Of a DNA stretch of 64,000 bases, positions 48,131-58,880 are shown in pieces. The stretch is from an uncultured Sulfolobales archaeon. Lineage in GTDB: Archaea > Thermoproteota > Thermoprotei_A > Sulfolobales > NBVN01. Position 1 is the first letter of the stretch. The number at the start of each line of letters is the position of its first letter. A model generated the notes under the pieces. That model was not told the DNA's origin and made no database searches. It saw only the letters and a list, made by a program, of their open reading frames with translations. A program made the position numbers and the translations under genes. The stretch lies in assembly GCA_938017505.1 (NCBI GenBank), contig CALIKV010000002.1, forward strand, positions 12,742 through 76,741. Reading direction: 5' to 3'.

Positions 48131-49060
48131 ATGTCTAGTGTTTGGGATTTCGCTGATAACGTGGTTGGTGATCTGCTGAGTGATTACACTAAGGTCCGGG
48201 GATTCGCTGAGAGCTTCTTAACGAACGTGGCTCAGAGAGAGCTGAGCAAATACAGGGGGGCCCTCGTAACTAAGGAGGGTGGTAAGACCTTCTTCATAGT
48301 GGGCGATGTACACGGCGATTTAGAGACCCTTAAGAGGATCCTCCAGAAGCTAAATATGAATTTAGTGAGGGAGGGCTCGGTCGAGCTGGTCTTCTTAGGG
48401 GATTACGTGGACAGAGGGCCGAACCAGCTTGAGGCGTTGCTAACGGCGTTGACGCTTAAGAGCGAGTTCCCCGATAACGTGACCCTCCTAAGAGGTAATC
48501 ACGAACCACCGCCTCACTTGATACCCTCGCCTCACGACTTCCCTCAGGTCCTCAAGAAGCTTTACGGCTATGTAAGGGGTTCTGAAATCTACCAGGCGTT
48601 CTCAGAGCTATTTAACAGCCTGCCCTTAGTGCTGTACGTCAGAGACGCCTTCGTAGGGCTTCACGGCGGCCTGCCCACACACAAATACAACTCTGAGGTC
48701 TCACTTACCGAGTACTTCCTTGGTTCAAGCGAGCGCGAGGCTGAGAAGCTCGTGGAAGAGGTGCTGTGGAACGACCCCGTGGACCTGAACATCGAGAGGA
48801 GCCCCTCCCCGAGGGGCGCGGGTTACTTATTCGGCATACCCGTCACACAGTGGTTCATGAAGAGGTTCAGAGTCAGACTAGTTGTGAGAGGTCATGAGCC
48901 CTCCTACGAGGGCTTCAAGCTGAATCACAGGGGCAGGGTAGTAACTCTGTTCAGTCGGGTGGGCATGCCGTACTACAACAAACACGCCTCGTTCATGACT
49001 CTAGACACGTCCACCGCTATGTGCGTGGAGAACCCCGTGTCGTGTATCCACAGGGTTTAA
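48131..49060 (+). CDS. PPP family serine/threonine protein phosphatase
   Basis: GDVHG, GDYVDRG, RGNHE, HGG, LWNDP, RGHE. Confidence 0.93.
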   Translation: MSSVWDFADNVVGDLLSDYTKVRGFAESFLTNVAQRELSKYRGALVTKEGGKTFFIVGDVHGDLETLKRILQKLNMNLVREGSVELVFLGDYVDRGPNQLEALLTALTLKSEFPDNVTLLRGNHEPPPHLIPSPHDFPQVLKKLYGYVRGSEIYQAFSELFNSLPLVLYVRDAFVGLHGGLPTHKYNSEVSLTEYFLGSSEREAEKLVEEVLWNDPVDLNIERSPSPRGAGYLFGIPVTQWFMKRFRVRLVVRGHEPSYEGFKLNHRGRVVTLFSRVGMPYYNKHASFMTLDTSTAMCVENPVSCIHRV

Positions 49061-49081
49061 CGGGGTTGGAGACGGGTGGGA

Positions 49082-51904
49082 TCACCCCTTAACGACCCCA
49101 AGCGGGCGCATTCTAGCCACTAGAACCGCGATGCCTACTTTGTGTGAGACCAGAGCGACCTTGTCGACGTCCTTATACGCTTCAGGCATCTCCTCGACCA
49201 CAGTGTCTTTGGTCATGGCCTTAACGTAGATACCTGCGTTGAGTAGCTTGGTAATAACGGCATCAGCCCGGCTCCTCCTCATGGCCTCGTTCCTGGAGAG
49301 CCACCTGCCGGCTCCGTGCGCTGCTGAGTAGAAAGTCCTCTTGCCCTCGTGTATCCCCGCCATTAAGTAGCTGGCCGTCCCCATAGATCCTGGGATGAGC
49401 ACTGGTTGACCGATGCTCCTGTAGACCTTAGGTATTTCAGGATGTCCTGGCGGGAAGGCCCTCGTAGCGCCCTTCCTGTGGACAACTAACTTAACGTTCT
49501 TGCCGTTCACCTCATGCTCCTCAAGCTTAGCTATGTTGTGGGCTACGTCGTAGATAGCCCTCAGACCTAGCTTGTCGGGGTCCTCCCTGAACACCGAGGC
49601 TATGGACTCCCTAACCCAGTGGGTTATTATTTGCCTGTTGGTGAAAGCGTAATTCGCGGCGGCTGCCATAGCCTTGAAGTAGTCTTCCCCCTCCTTCGAG
49701 TTGAAGGGCACGGAAGCCAACTCCCTGTCAGGGGGGTTGAAGCCGTACCTACGCATGGCCCGTTCCATAACACCTAAGTAGTCGCTCGCCACCTGATGAC
49801 CTAACCCCCTTGAACCTGTGTGGACCATCACGGTTATCTGGCCCTCGTGATCTATGCCCATAGACTTAGCCAGCCTCTCATCGTATATCTTATCAACAAC
49901 CTGTATCTCGAGGAAGTGATTGCCAGCCCCTAGAGTACCCAACTGGTCAGCACCCCTGGACTTAGCCGTGTTGCTCACCTTGCCGGCGTCAGCGTACTCT
50001 ATCCTGCCGTAGCTCTCTATGAACTCCTCATCGTCCCTCCATCCGAACCCCTTCTCAATAGCCCAATCAACGCCTTCGTTGAGGACCTTATCCAGCTCTG
50101 TGAAGCTGAGTTTCAACTTACCCGTACTGCCGACACCTGAAGGCACGTTCTTGAACATCGCGTTAATGAGCTCCTTGACCCTATCCTTCACATCACCTAA
50201 ACTCAGGTCAGTCCTCAGCAACCTGACACCGCAGTTCGAAACTATCACTCCATTAGCTATGAAGTTATGTGCTTGGTCATCCACAGTTATATCGTATACG
50301 TACCCGTTGTATTCCTCGACCCTAACGTCATCTACAACATCCCATACGATGTCCCCCTCCACGTTTTCCTCCACCCATCCTTCGAATGCGGGGAAGGCCC
50401 TTGGCGCTCGCGACTCGGGAACACCGCCATGCGCTGCCCCCTCAACAAACCCGCCATCCCGTTCAGCCCCCTCGGGGAGCAAGATCAGTGCCGTACCAGG
50501 TGAGACCGCCGTATGACTTAACGCAACCGCCTCCCCCACCACCCTGACCTTCAATTTAAGCCAAGCTACAGCAGCCAATCCTAGTCTCTGCCTCAGCGGG
50601 TTGTAAATGTAGCCCACACGCGTCCATAAGTTTATCAAGGACCGTGGCTTATTTGATACCCTTAACCTCAATCTAACCACACTGCCAACGTCCTCCTTGG
50701 AGATGCCGAGGACCTCCACGCCGAAATCCTCCAGTAACCCAGCTATGTCCTCGAGAAAAGCCTCCACGTCATCCTCCAATCCCTTAATTTTGGTGATGGA
50801 CACGTGCGGTTGCTCGAAGTTATATCCGTTGATCGTCCGCGGTTCACTCATTTCAGCCCCGAAATATGCGGCTAAGTATAGCCTCTTCATCCAGAGCGGT
50901 GATCGTCTTATCCAGGCTGGTACTCTGAACGACGTACGTGTCTTGTCGCCGGCCGGTGCTCCAAGCCTCCTCAGCAACTCTCTAAGACTACGGGCCGGTA
51001 CGTAGACGGAGTCTTCCATCCCTTCAGTCCTCTCGTCATCGTGCTCCGCGATCCCCCTTCGTTCCACTACGCCGGAGCTCTCATACCCAAGCAACCCTAA
51101 GTCTTTCCTCAGCTCCTCTAAACCCTCCCCATCGCCGTAGAACCGCGTTTTCTCTCCATCAAATACTCCATTCCCCATGAAATACCCGAGCAGCTTTATT
51201 ATCACTGGCAGTTTGGGGTTATCCGTGTAGAGGGGTAGCAGACCACGTCTCTCCAACTCCTCCGCAACATCCCCCTCAAAGTCGTTTCTACCCAGCAATA
51301 ACGTCCTTGGAGGGCTCTCGTATTCAACCCCTTCAAACGGGTAAGTGGCCAGCTTCATCCCCCTTCGAACATCCTTGGCAGGAACCATGCCTTCATCCGT
51401 CAACACAGGGTGATCGTGGCTAGCCTTAATGACGTGCCCAGACCTCGTCTTTATTACGTAGATCCTACCCTCACGTCTGTAGAACCGGAAAACCACTTCA
51501 GCGATCCGCGTCCTGCCGTCATTGACCAACACCCTCTCGCCGACCTTCAGATCCTTGATGCGTCTCCAGGCCCCGTGTTCGTCGAGAACCTTAGTATCTG
51601 GGGTTAGGCAGTTAATATCGTACCCGACTCCCCCGGGCGATATGTACCCGTCCTCAACCCTTACCCCCGCAACACCCCCTATCGGGAACCCGTAACCCTG
51701 GTGTCCGTCAGGCATCACGTACGAGGCCCTCTCGATCCCAGGCAGGCAGCTCACGTTCGCCGCCTGCTCCAGGGTTAGGTCCTCGCCCATTTTGGTTATG
51801 AGGTAATCGTCAGCGAACACCACGGCCGGCACCCTCATACAGCCTTTATAGCTGGGCGGTATCTCCCACTCGAACTCGCCCACTTTCCTGATGGGTATTT
51901 TCAT
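49082..51904 (-). CDS. rtcB: RtcB tRNA-splicing ligase containing an intein
   Basis: MPDGHQGYGFPIGG, GYDIN/CGVR, GAGNHFLE, HTGSRG, HRKGAT, HGAGR, RPLGVVKG. Confidence 0.96.
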   Translation of the reverse strand: MKIPIRKVGEFEWEIPPSYKGCMRVPAVVFADDYLITKMGEDLTLEQAANVSCLPGIERASYVMPDGHQGYGFPIGGVAGVRVEDGYISPGGVGYDINCLTPDTKVLDEHGAWRRIKDLKVGERVLVNDGRTRIAEVVFRFYRREGRIYVIKTRSGHVIKASHDHPVLTDEGMVPAKDVRRGMKLATYPFEGVEYESPPRTLLLGRNDFEGDVAEELERRGLLPLYTDNPKLPVIIKLLGYFMGNGVFDGEKTRFYGDGEGLEELRKDLGLLGYESSGVVERRGIAEHDDERTEGMEDSVYVPARSLRELLRRLGAPAGDKTRTSFRVPAWIRRSPLWMKRLYLAAYFGAEMSEPRTINGYNFEQPHVSITKIKGLEDDVEAFLEDIAGLLEDFGVEVLGISKEDVGSVVRLRLRVSNKPRSLINLWTRVGYIYNPLRQRLGLAAVAWLKLKVRVVGEAVALSHTAVSPGTALILLPEGAERDGGFVEGAAHGGVPESRAPRAFPAFEGWVEENVEGDIVWDVVDDVRVEEYNGYVYDITVDDQAHNFIANGVIVSNCGVRLLRTDLSLGDVKDRVKELINAMFKNVPSGVGSTGKLKLSFTELDKVLNEGVDWAIEKGFGWRDDEEFIESYGRIEYADAGKVSNTAKSRGADQLGTLGAGNHFLEIQVVDKIYDERLAKSMGIDHEGQITVMVHTGSRGLGHQVASDYLGVMERAMRRYGFNPPDRELASVPFNSKEGEDYFKAMAAAANYAFTNRQIITHWVRESIASVFREDPDKLGLRAIYDVAHNIAKLEEHEVNGKNVKLVVHRKGATRAFPPGHPEIPKVYRSIGQPVLIPGSMGTASYLMAGIHEGKRTFYSAAHGAGRWLSRNEAMRRSRADAVITKLLNAGIYVKAMTKDTVVEEMPEAYKDVDKVALVSHKVGIAVLVARMRPLGVVKG
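50234..51610 (-). mobile_element. 459-aa intein with a LAGLIDADG homing endonuclease domain
   Basis: Starts CLTPDT after DIN and ends VYDITV..HNFIANGVIVSN before Cys; LLGYFMGNG and YLAAYFGAE helices. Confidence 0.93.
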
Positions 51905-52063
51905 CGTTTCATCCCAAACCTAGTAAGGCTTAACGGAAATTTAAGTGAATCACTATGGGCACGTCCTGTAAGGCCGTGTTCAAGCATGTTCTTCGGTGAA
52001 ACTAGCTTTTTAAGGTTCTTGAAGTTTAAAAGGTGGTCGTTGAGGATTTAGGGGGAGTGGGTA

Positions 52064-52546
52064 GTGCCGGTATGGAGGTACTCCGTTGAGGTGGAGGACG
52101 AGAGCAAGGTGGCTAGGGCCGTGGTTAGAGACGTCCCTATTTCTTTGAAGGAGAGCTACGAGATCCTCAAGGTCGTGAAGGGCATGAAGTTGAAGGACGC
52201 TGAGGCCCTTCTAGAGAGGGTGGTTAAGGAGGAGGCGCCGTTGCCTTACGTCAGGTATAAATTAGGTGTCGCCCATAAGAAGGGGCTCCCCTCCGCGTTC
52301 CCTAAGTGGAGATCGCCCGTCGGCAGATACCCTGTTAAGGCTGCTGGGGAGATCCTCAAGCTACTTAAGAACGTTAAGAACAACGCCGAGGTTAAGAACC
52401 TGGACAGCGAGCGTCTCTACATACGTCACATAGCGGTTCATAAGGGGCGCTACATGAAGAGGTGGATGCCCAGGGCGTTCGCTAGAGCAACCCCTAAAGT
52501 AAGAACCACGGCCTGTATCGAGGTGGTGGTGGCGGAGGGCGAGTAG
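52064..52546 (+). CDS. rpl22: 50S ribosomal protein L22
   Basis: GRYPVKAA, PRAFARA. Confidence 0.95.
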   Translation: MPVWRYSVEVEDESKVARAVVRDVPISLKESYEILKVVKGMKLKDAEALLERVVKEEAPLPYVRYKLGVAHKKGLPSAFPKWRSPVGRYPVKAAGEILKLLKNVKNNAEVKNLDSERLYIRHIAVHKGRYMKRWMPRAFARATPKVRTTACIEVVVAEGE

Positions 52547-52547
52547 C

Positions 52548-53213
52548 TTGGTTGACATCAAGACACACTTCTTAGGCATGAATCTAGTCAGGCTCAAGAT
52601 AGATGAGTTCCTGGCCAAGAACTTCGTTAGGGCAGGGTACTCAAGGGTTGAGATGATTAAGACCCCGCTAGGTACTAGAGTTGTTTTATACGCTGACAGA
52701 CCGTCAATGATAATCGGTAGGAAGGGCCAGACCATAAAACAGTTGACAGAGGTCTTCGAGAAGTACTTCAAGGTTGAGAACCCTCAGATAGTGGTTACCC
52801 AGGTCGAGAACCCGGACCTGGACGCGAGGATAGTCGCAAGTAGGGTGGCGCTCGCCATCGAGAAAGGCTATCACTTCCGCAGGGCAGCCTTCGTGGCTCT
52901 GCGGAGGGTTCTAGCAGCCGGCGCTCAGGGAGTCGAGATAGTGATCAGCGGCAAGGTAGTTAGCGAGAGAGCTCGATACGAGAAGTTGAGGGCTGGGAGG
53001 GTCTACAAGACAGGGCAGCATCTGGACAGGCTCTTAGACAGGGCTGTCGTGCACTTACTCCTCAAGCCCGGTATATACGGGATTGAGGTGCTTATAGTGA
53101 GGCCTAGCGAGCCCGACGACGTCGTTAGGGTGACTACCGAGGCCTTTGTGGCCGGGCACGAGACCCAGCAGGCCGAAGAAGCTAGCCGCAAGGGCGACGC
53201 CGTCGTGAGGTGA
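52548..53213 (+). CDS. rps3: 30S ribosomal protein S3
   Basis: KH IIGRKG, HFRRAA, GVEIVISGK. Confidence 0.95.
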   Translation: MVDIKTHFLGMNLVRLKIDEFLAKNFVRAGYSRVEMIKTPLGTRVVLYADRPSMIIGRKGQTIKQLTEVFEKYFKVENPQIVVTQVENPDLDARIVASRVALAIEKGYHFRRAAFVALRRVLAAGAQGVEIVISGKVVSERARYEKLRAGRVYKTGQHLDRLLDRAVVHLLLKPGIYGIEVLIVRPSEPDDVVRVTTEAFVAGHETQQAEEASRKGDAVVR

Positions 53214-53219
53214 TACTAC

Positions 53220-53444
53220 GTGAGCATGTCCCTCGACGAGCTGAGGAGTAAGAGCATGGAGGAGCGTGTTAAGGTCCTCAACGAGTTGAGGACGGAGTTA
53301 ATTAGGTTGAGGACTCAAGCGCAGCTGGGAACCCTTAAAGACACCGCAAGAGTGAGGATTGTTAGGAAGAACATAGCCAGGATACTCACAATAAATCGGG
53401 AGGAGGAACTCAGGAGGTCCAGTGCTGGGGGAGCGACGGGATGA
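53220..53444 (+). CDS. rpl29: 50S ribosomal protein L29
   Basis: RKNIARILT; operon position. Confidence 0.93.
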   Translation: MSMSLDELRSKSMEERVKVLNELRTELIRLRTQAQLGTLKDTARVRIVRKNIARILTINREEELRRSSAGGATG

Positions 53445-53719
53445 AGAGGAGCGCTAGGAACCTTAAGTACCATGAGTTAGCAGGCCTCGAGGTCAGGGTG
53501 GTCAGCCACACCGACAGCTCGTTGGCTAACGTCTTGGGGCGTGTGGTGGGGGAGACCAGGAATGTCTTGGAGGTGCTGAAGGACGGGAGGCTCATACGCG
53601 TGCCTAAGGCCGGCGGCGTTTTCGCTTTTAAGCTAGAGAGCGGAACTAATGTCTTAGTGGACGGTGATGCTTTGGTAGGGAGGCCTGAGGACCGGATGAA
53701 GAGGTTGGTCGGTGGTTAG
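53441..53719 (+). CDS. rnp1: RNase P protein subunit Rpp29
   Basis: HELAGL, GRVVGETRN, GRPEDR. Confidence 0.92.
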   Translation: MKRSARNLKYHELAGLEVRVVSHTDSSLANVLGRVVGETRNVLEVLKDGRLIRVPKAGGVFAFKLESGTNVLVDGDALVGRPEDRMKRLVGG

Positions 53720-54074
53720 GATGAGTGGGCTGCAGGCACGTGACATAGGGATCACGTTCGAGGGGCTCCAACCGCCTGCCGAGGTGTGTGAGGACCCTGA
53801 ATGCCCGTGGCACGGTAACCTTAAGATCAGGGGGGCGTTGCTTGTGGGCAACGTAGTCAAGTTGAGGGCTAGGAAGATGGCGGTTGTTGAGAGGGAGCAC
53901 TTGGTTTACGTCAGCAAGTACAAGAGGTACGAGAGGCGTAGGTCGAGGATCCATGCCAGGGTACCTGCCTGCATTCCCCTGGCCCTAGGGGATCAGGTAT
54001 TAATAGGGGAGACAAGGCCTCTGGCTAAGTCCGTGGCCTGGGTGGTTTTAGGGCGTATTAAGAAGGGTGGTTAG
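53712..54074 (+). CDS. rps17: 30S ribosomal protein S17
   Basis: [25 protein letters not shown]. Confidence 0.95.
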   Translation: MVRMSGLQARDIGITFEGLQPPAEVCEDPECPWHGNLKIRGALLVGNVVKLRARKMAVVEREHLVYVSKYKRYERRRSRIHARVPACIPLALGDQVLIGETRPLAKSVAWVVLGRIKKGG

Positions 54075-54076
54075 CG

Positions 54077-54496
54077 ATGTCAGAGAAGAAGGGCGGCGCG
54101 GCTTTCGGACGCCTTGGGAGGGCTACAGGCATCACTTTAGGAACTAACCTGAAGGTCGCTGATAACAGCGGGGCTAAGGTAGCCATGGTCATAGGCATCC
54201 CAGGGATGAAAGCCAGGCTCCGGAGACGTCCCTCAGCCACTGTGGGAGATTTAGTCATGGTTACCGTGAAGAAGGGCAACATCGAGTTGGTGGGGCAGGT
54301 CCTGCAGGCCGTCGTGATTAGGCAGAGGAGGCCCTTCATGAGACATGACGGCAGATGGCTTAGTTTCGAGGATAACGCTTGCGTCATAATAGCGCCTGAC
54401 GGAACCCCTAAAGGCACTGAGGTCAGAGGCCCTATGGCTAGGGAGGCGGCTGAGAGGTGGCCTAAGATGGCTACGCTTGCATCAATAATCGTGTGA
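54077..54496 (+). CDS. rpl14: 50S ribosomal protein L14
   Basis: ADNSGAK, FEDNA, GPMARE. Confidence 0.96.
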   Translation: MSEKKGGAAFGRLGRATGITLGTNLKVADNSGAKVAMVIGIPGMKARLRRRPSATVGDLVMVTVKKGNIELVGQVLQAVVIRQRRPFMRHDGRWLSFEDNACVIIAPDGTPKGTEVRGPMAREAAERWPKMATLASIIV

Positions 54497-54960
54497 GGCC
54501 GATGACCGTGAGTCCCTCGATTAAACCCAGTAAGCAGAGGTCACGCGTCTATAACGCGCCGATGCACCTAAGACATAGGTACGTAACGGCCATGCTCTCC
54601 AACGAGTTGATAGGCAAGCTAGGCGTCAAGAGGGTCTACGTGAGAACAGGCGACGTCGTCAGGATCCTGAGAGGTGACTGGAGAGGTCATGAGGGGAAGG
54701 TCGTTAAAGTGGATTACGAGGGTGTCGCGCTGCATGTCGAGGGCGTGACGATAAAGAAGGCTGACGGCACACCCGTTTATTACCCTATACATCCCTCTAA
54801 GGTCATGATAATAAAGCTGGACCTCAGCGATAAGAGGCGCTCGAAGATCATCGAGAGGAGGGGAGGGGGACTCAAGGAGGTTGAGAAGGCGGAGACGCCT
54901 GCCAGCGACGAAGCTAATAAGCCGCTTACCCAATCAGAAGGGGGAGAGAGAAGTGGGTAG
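54493..54960 (+). CDS. rpl24: 50S ribosomal protein L24
   Basis: [18 protein letters not shown] motif, IHPSKV. Confidence 0.95.
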   Translation: MRPMTVSPSIKPSKQRSRVYNAPMHLRHRYVTAMLSNELIGKLGVKRVYVRTGDVVRILRGDWRGHEGKVVKVDYEGVALHVEGVTIKKADGTPVYYPIHPSKVMIIKLDLSDKRRSKIIERRGGGLKEVEKAETPASDEANKPLTQSEGGERSG

Positions 54961-55711
54961 GAAGGGAGGCAGTAGACACATCAAGAGTTTAGAGGCGCCT
55001 GCTTTCTGGCCCGTCCTTAGGAAGGAGTATAAGTGGTCTGTGAGGGCCGCGCCGGGGCCTCACCCGATTCACAGGTCATTGCCTTTACTCATAGTCGTGA
55101 GGGACCTCATGTCCCTTGCGAGGACGAGCAGGGAGGCCAGGAAGGTAATAGCTGAGGGGGTTATTAAGGTGGACGGCAGGGTCCGTAAGGACTACAAGTT
55201 CCCGGTAGGCATTATGGACGTGATCGAGGTCGTGAGGTCCAGGGAGTTCTTCAGGGTTCTCCCGGTACCTACCAAGTTTTTAGGGCTGGAACCCATCACC
55301 GAGGACGAGGCTTCATTCAAGCTGTGCAGGATCGAGAACAAATCAACTGTTAAGGGGGGTCACATACAGCTTCACCTTCATGACGGGAGGAATGTCCTGA
55401 TTAAGGTCTCTGACCCTAGGAACCCTGGCGAGGACATCTACGATACCCTCGGCACTGTTAAGTTCTCGCTGGTGGAGGGCGGGATAGAGGACTATTACCC
55501 CGTGAAGAGCGATGCGCCGGCGATAGTCACGGGGGGTAGGAACGTGGGTAGGGTTGCAAGGCTGCTTAAGGTCTACGAGGGTGTCAGGCACTATCGCAAG
55601 CAGGTCCAGTTACGTGATTCCAGAGGTCTTGAGTTCTTCACCACGATGGATAAGGTGTTCATCATAGGACATAAGGAGCCAGTTATTAAGGTGCCTGAGG
55701 GAGCTGTATGA
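54953..55711 (+). CDS. rps4e: 30S ribosomal protein S4e
   Basis: PGPH, VDGRVRKDYKFPVGIMD, LHDGRN; GTG start at 54953. Confidence 0.95.
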   Translation: MGRKGGSRHIKSLEAPAFWPVLRKEYKWSVRAAPGPHPIHRSLPLLIVVRDLMSLARTSREARKVIAEGVIKVDGRVRKDYKFPVGIMDVIEVVRSREFFRVLPVPTKFLGLEPITEDEASFKLCRIENKSTVKGGHIQLHLHDGRNVLIKVSDPRNPGEDIYDTLGTVKFSLVEGGIEDYYPVKSDAPAIVTGGRNVGRVARLLKVYEGVRHYRKQVQLRDSRGLEFFTTMDKVFIIGHKEPVIKVPEGAV

Positions 55712-56286
55712 GTTCAACACGTGGGATCGCGTTAGGGGTTAGTGAAGAGCTGGTTGATAGGGTTCTGAAGAGTTGGGAGTCCAACCCGATGATCAAGCCG
55801 AGACTAGCTAAGGTCGTGGTTAACGTGGGCGTGGGTGAGTCGGGGGAGGTCCTCAGAAAGGCTGCGAGGATCCTCGAGATGCTGACGGGTCAAAAACCCT
55901 CTGAGAGGAGAGCTAGGAAGACTGTCAAGGAGTTTGGTGTTAGGAAGGGCGAGCCTATAGCTGTTGCAGTCACTCTAAGGGGTAGGAGGGCTTCAGAATT
56001 CCTGAACAGGGTTCTAGACGCTATGGGGAGGCGCGTTAAATCCTCCAGCTTCGACGACTTCGGCAACGTGTCCATAGGGGTTAAAGAGCACATCATGCTT
56101 CCAGGGGTTAAGTACGACCCTGAATTGGGGATATTCGGGATGGACGTGTGCGTCACTCTCGAGAGACCTGGGTTGAGGGTTGTCAGGAGGAGGGTCAAGA
56201 GATCGCGGGTCCCCTACAGGCAGAGGGTCTCCAGGGAGGAGGCCGTTGTTTTCTTCGTCAAGGAGTTGAACGCTAGGGTGGTTTGA
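55708..56286 (+). CDS. rpl5: 50S ribosomal protein L5
   Basis: KVVVNVGVG, VTLRG, YDPELGIFGMD. Confidence 0.96.
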   Translation: MSSTRGIALGVSEELVDRVLKSWESNPMIKPRLAKVVVNVGVGESGEVLRKAARILEMLTGQKPSERRARKTVKEFGVRKGEPIAVAVTLRGRRASEFLNRVLDAMGRRVKSSSFDDFGNVSIGVKEHIMLPGVKYDPELGIFGMDVCVTLERPGLRVVRRRVKRSRVPYRQRVSREEAVVFFVKELNARVV

Positions 56287-56287
56287 T

Positions 56288-56452
56288 ATGGGCAAGTTCA
56301 AGCCTCCTAAGGTCAGGAGATACGGCAGTGGTGTGCGGGTCTGCCAGCGTTGCGGGTCTCGAGACGCCGTGATACAGAAGTACGGGATATACCTGTGTAG
56401 GCAGTGCTTCAGGGAGGTGGCTCAGGAGCTTGGCTTCAGGAAGTACATGTAG
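56288..56452 (+). CDS. rps14: 30S ribosomal protein S14 (Zn-binding), absent from the ORF track
   Basis: MGKFKPPKVRRYGSGVRVCQRCGSRDAVIQKYGIYLCRQCFREVAQELGFRKYM. Confidence 0.96.
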   Translation: MGKFKPPKVRRYGSGVRVCQRCGSRDAVIQKYGIYLCRQCFREVAQELGFRKYM

Positions 56453-56863
56453 GTGGTTGGCATGGTGATGATGGATACGTTGTCAAACGCCTTAACAACT
56501 TTGAAGAACAGTGAGGTGAGGGGGAAGGGGGAGGCTGTTATAGCGCCGGCGTCCAAGCTGGTCGCCATGGTCTTGAGGGTTATGCAGAGGTACGGCTACG
56601 TTGGTGAGTTCGAGTACATAGATGACGGTAGATCCGGGAAGATTAAAGTACAGCTCCTCGGTAGGATAAATGACGCAGGGGTCGTGAAGCCCAGGACCTC
56701 TGTTAAGTACGCTGAGCTACGTAGCCTGCCCGTCTGGCTGATGAAGCTGCTGCCTTCAAGGGATATAGGCTTACTCATACTCTCGACGCCTCAGGGGGTT
56801 ATATCGCATAAGGACGCTCTTGAGAGGAAGGTGGGAGGCGTTATACTGGCGTACGTCTACTAG
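56453..56863 (+). CDS. rps8: 30S ribosomal protein S8
   Basis: [21 protein letters not shown]. Confidence 0.96.
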   Translation: MVGMVMMDTLSNALTTLKNSEVRGKGEAVIAPASKLVAMVLRVMQRYGYVGEFEYIDDGRSGKIKVQLLGRINDAGVVKPRTSVKYAELRSLPVWLMKLLPSRDIGLLILSTPQGVISHKDALERKVGGVILAYVY

Positions 56864-56874
56864 GGGGTTTAGCG

Positions 56875-57435
56875 ATGGTTAGGGCTACTTTAGTTAGGGA
56901 TTACGTCAAGATACCTGAGGGGGTCTCGGTGAGCGTGGAGGGGGGTAGAGTGAGCGTCAGAGGCCCGAAGGGCGAGGTCAGCAGGGATTTCAGCCACGCT
57001 GTTGGGGTTACGATAAGCGTTGAGGAGGGTAAGGTCGTGGTCATGGCCACCTTCGCTAGGAGGAGGGACGTGGCTCGAGTTTATTCGGTCTCCGCGCATA
57101 TAAGGAACATGGTACTTGGCGTCACTAGGGGATACAGGTATTGGCTGAGGATTATTTACTCGCACTTCCCCATAAGCGTTAGGGTTGAGGGTCGTAGGGT
57201 GCTTATAGAGAACTTCATAGGGGAGAGGAGTCCTAGGGTCGCTGAGATCGTGGGCAAGGCGTGTGTGAGGGTTCAAAAGAACGACATAATCGTCGAGGGC
57301 ATTGACGTAGAGGAGGTTGGTCAGACCGCCGCCAATATAGAGCAGGCCACGAGGATAAGGGGTCTTGACAGGCGCGTGTTCGCTGACGGCATATACATAT
57401 ACAAGAGAGAGTTCATGGATGGTGGTGAGGTTTGA
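56875..57435 (+). CDS. rpl6: 50S ribosomal protein L6
   Basis: YSHFP, NFIGE, DRRVFADGIY. Confidence 0.96.
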   Translation: MVRATLVRDYVKIPEGVSVSVEGGRVSVRGPKGEVSRDFSHAVGVTISVEEGKVVVMATFARRRDVARVYSVSAHIRNMVLGVTRGYRYWLRIIYSHFPISVRVEGRRVLIENFIGERSPRVAEIVGKACVRVQKNDIIVEGIDVEEVGQTAANIEQATRIRGLDRRVFADGIYIYKREFMDGGEV

Positions 57436-57809
57436 GTAGCAGGGATAGGAAGTTAAGGCTCATCAGGAGCAAGAGGAGGGTTAGGTTCCTGAGGCATCAG
57501 TGGTGGAAGTTCCGGAAGTTCTTGAACGATCTGAAATGGAGGAGGCCTAAGGGCATAGACAACCCCATGCGTCTAAGGTGTAAGGGACTGCCTCAAAGAC
57601 CGTCGCCCGGTTTCGGAGCGCCTAAGGAAATAAGAGGTCTCCACCCATCAGGCCTCAAGCCCGTCGTGATTCACAACGTTAAGGAGCTTGAGAAGCTCAA
57701 CCCAACTGAGGCGATAGTTTACGTGGGCAGGACCGTGGGGAGACGTAAGAAAGCTGAAATAGTTAGCAAGGCTAGGGAGTTAGGGGTGGTGGTGGCTAAC
57801 GAGAGGTGA
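57432..57809 (+). CDS. rpl32e: 50S ribosomal protein L32e
   Basis: WRRPKGIDN, RGLHPSG. Confidence 0.95.
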   Translation: MSSRDRKLRLIRSKRRVRFLRHQWWKFRKFLNDLKWRRPKGIDNPMRLRCKGLPQRPSPGFGAPKEIRGLHPSGLKPVVIHNVKELEKLNPTEAIVYVGRTVGRRKKAEIVSKARELGVVVANER

Positions 57810-58270
57810 TGCACGGCGTGAGTGATCTGACTCCTCAGAAAAGGCTGGCGGCCGAGATCTTGAAGGTAGGGGTCTCGAGAGTGAGGATCGACCCCTCTAA
57901 GGCGGGGGACGTTGAAACCGCTTTAACTAAGGAGGACGTGAGGAAGTTGATTGAGGCCGGAGTTATTTGGGCTGAGCAGGCCAAGAGCAACTCTAGAGGG
58001 AGATGGAGGGAGCTACACGAGAAGAGGAGGAGAGGGCATAGGAGGGGTTACGGGAGGAGGAAAGGAAGCGTGGACGCCAGGAGCGACGCTGACGAGATGT
58101 ACGTTAACACCTCAAGGAAGTTAAGGAGGTACTTGAGATGGTTGAGGGATCGAGGGGTCATAGACAGGAAGACCTACAGGTCATTGTACCTCCGTGTTAA
58201 GGGGGGTATGTTTAGGAGCCTGTCAGATCTCAAGAGACATCTCACCGACTTAGGCATAAAGGTGAGGTAA
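57806..58270 (+). CDS. rpl19e: 50S ribosomal protein L19e
   Basis: QKRLAAEIL, SRGR, GRRKG, LYLRVKGG. Confidence 0.95.
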   Translation: MMHGVSDLTPQKRLAAEILKVGVSRVRIDPSKAGDVETALTKEDVRKLIEAGVIWAEQAKSNSRGRWRELHEKRRRGHRRGYGRRKGSVDARSDADEMYVNTSRKLRRYLRWLRDRGVIDRKTYRSLYLRVKGGMFRSLSDLKRHLTDLGIKVR

Positions 58271-58271
58271 G

Positions 58272-58880
58272 GTGGCGCGTGGACCTACCTATAAAGTCCC
58301 CAGGAGGAGAAGGAGGGAGGGCAGGACGGACTATTACAGGCGTTACAGGATGGTGAAGTCAGGACAGCGTGTGAGGGTCGTGGTTAGGAAGACAAACGCT
58401 CGGGTCATAGTGCAGTTAATTAGATTCTCTCCCAGCGGTGATGAGACCCTAGTAGGCGTTAACAGTAAGGCCTTACGTAGGTACGGTTGGCTGGGAGACC
58501 TGAACAACATCCCAGCGTCGTACTTAACAGGCTTGCTTGCCGGGATGCTCGCCGTTAGGATGGGGATTAAGTATGCGATACCTGACGTAGGTCTGCATAA
58601 ACCTACTAAGGAGGCTCGGGTTTTCGCGGCGATTAAGGGGCTGCTTGACGCCGGTGTTGAGGTCCCTGTAGCGAAGGAGGTACTGCCTTCGAACGAGAGG
58701 ATGGAAGGCGTCCACATAGCTGAGTACGCGAAGCAGCTCCTCAGTCGGGGTGAGGAGTTGTTCAGAGCCAGGTTCCGTGAGTACCTCAGCAGGGGGCTGG
58801 ATCCACGTGACCTACCTCAACACTTTAAGGAGGTAAGTGTGAACATGAGGGAGGCGCTTGCTTCGGGTGGGTCTTCATGA
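58272..58880 (+). CDS. rpl18: 50S ribosomal protein L18
   Basis: [19 protein letters not shown]. Confidence 0.95.
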   Translation: MARGPTYKVPRRRRREGRTDYYRRYRMVKSGQRVRVVVRKTNARVIVQLIRFSPSGDETLVGVNSKALRRYGWLGDLNNIPASYLTGLLAGMLAVRMGIKYAIPDVGLHKPTKEARVFAAIKGLLDAGVEVPVAKEVLPSNERMEGVHIAEYAKQLLSRGEELFRARFREYLSRGLDPRDLPQHFKEVSVNMREALASGGSS

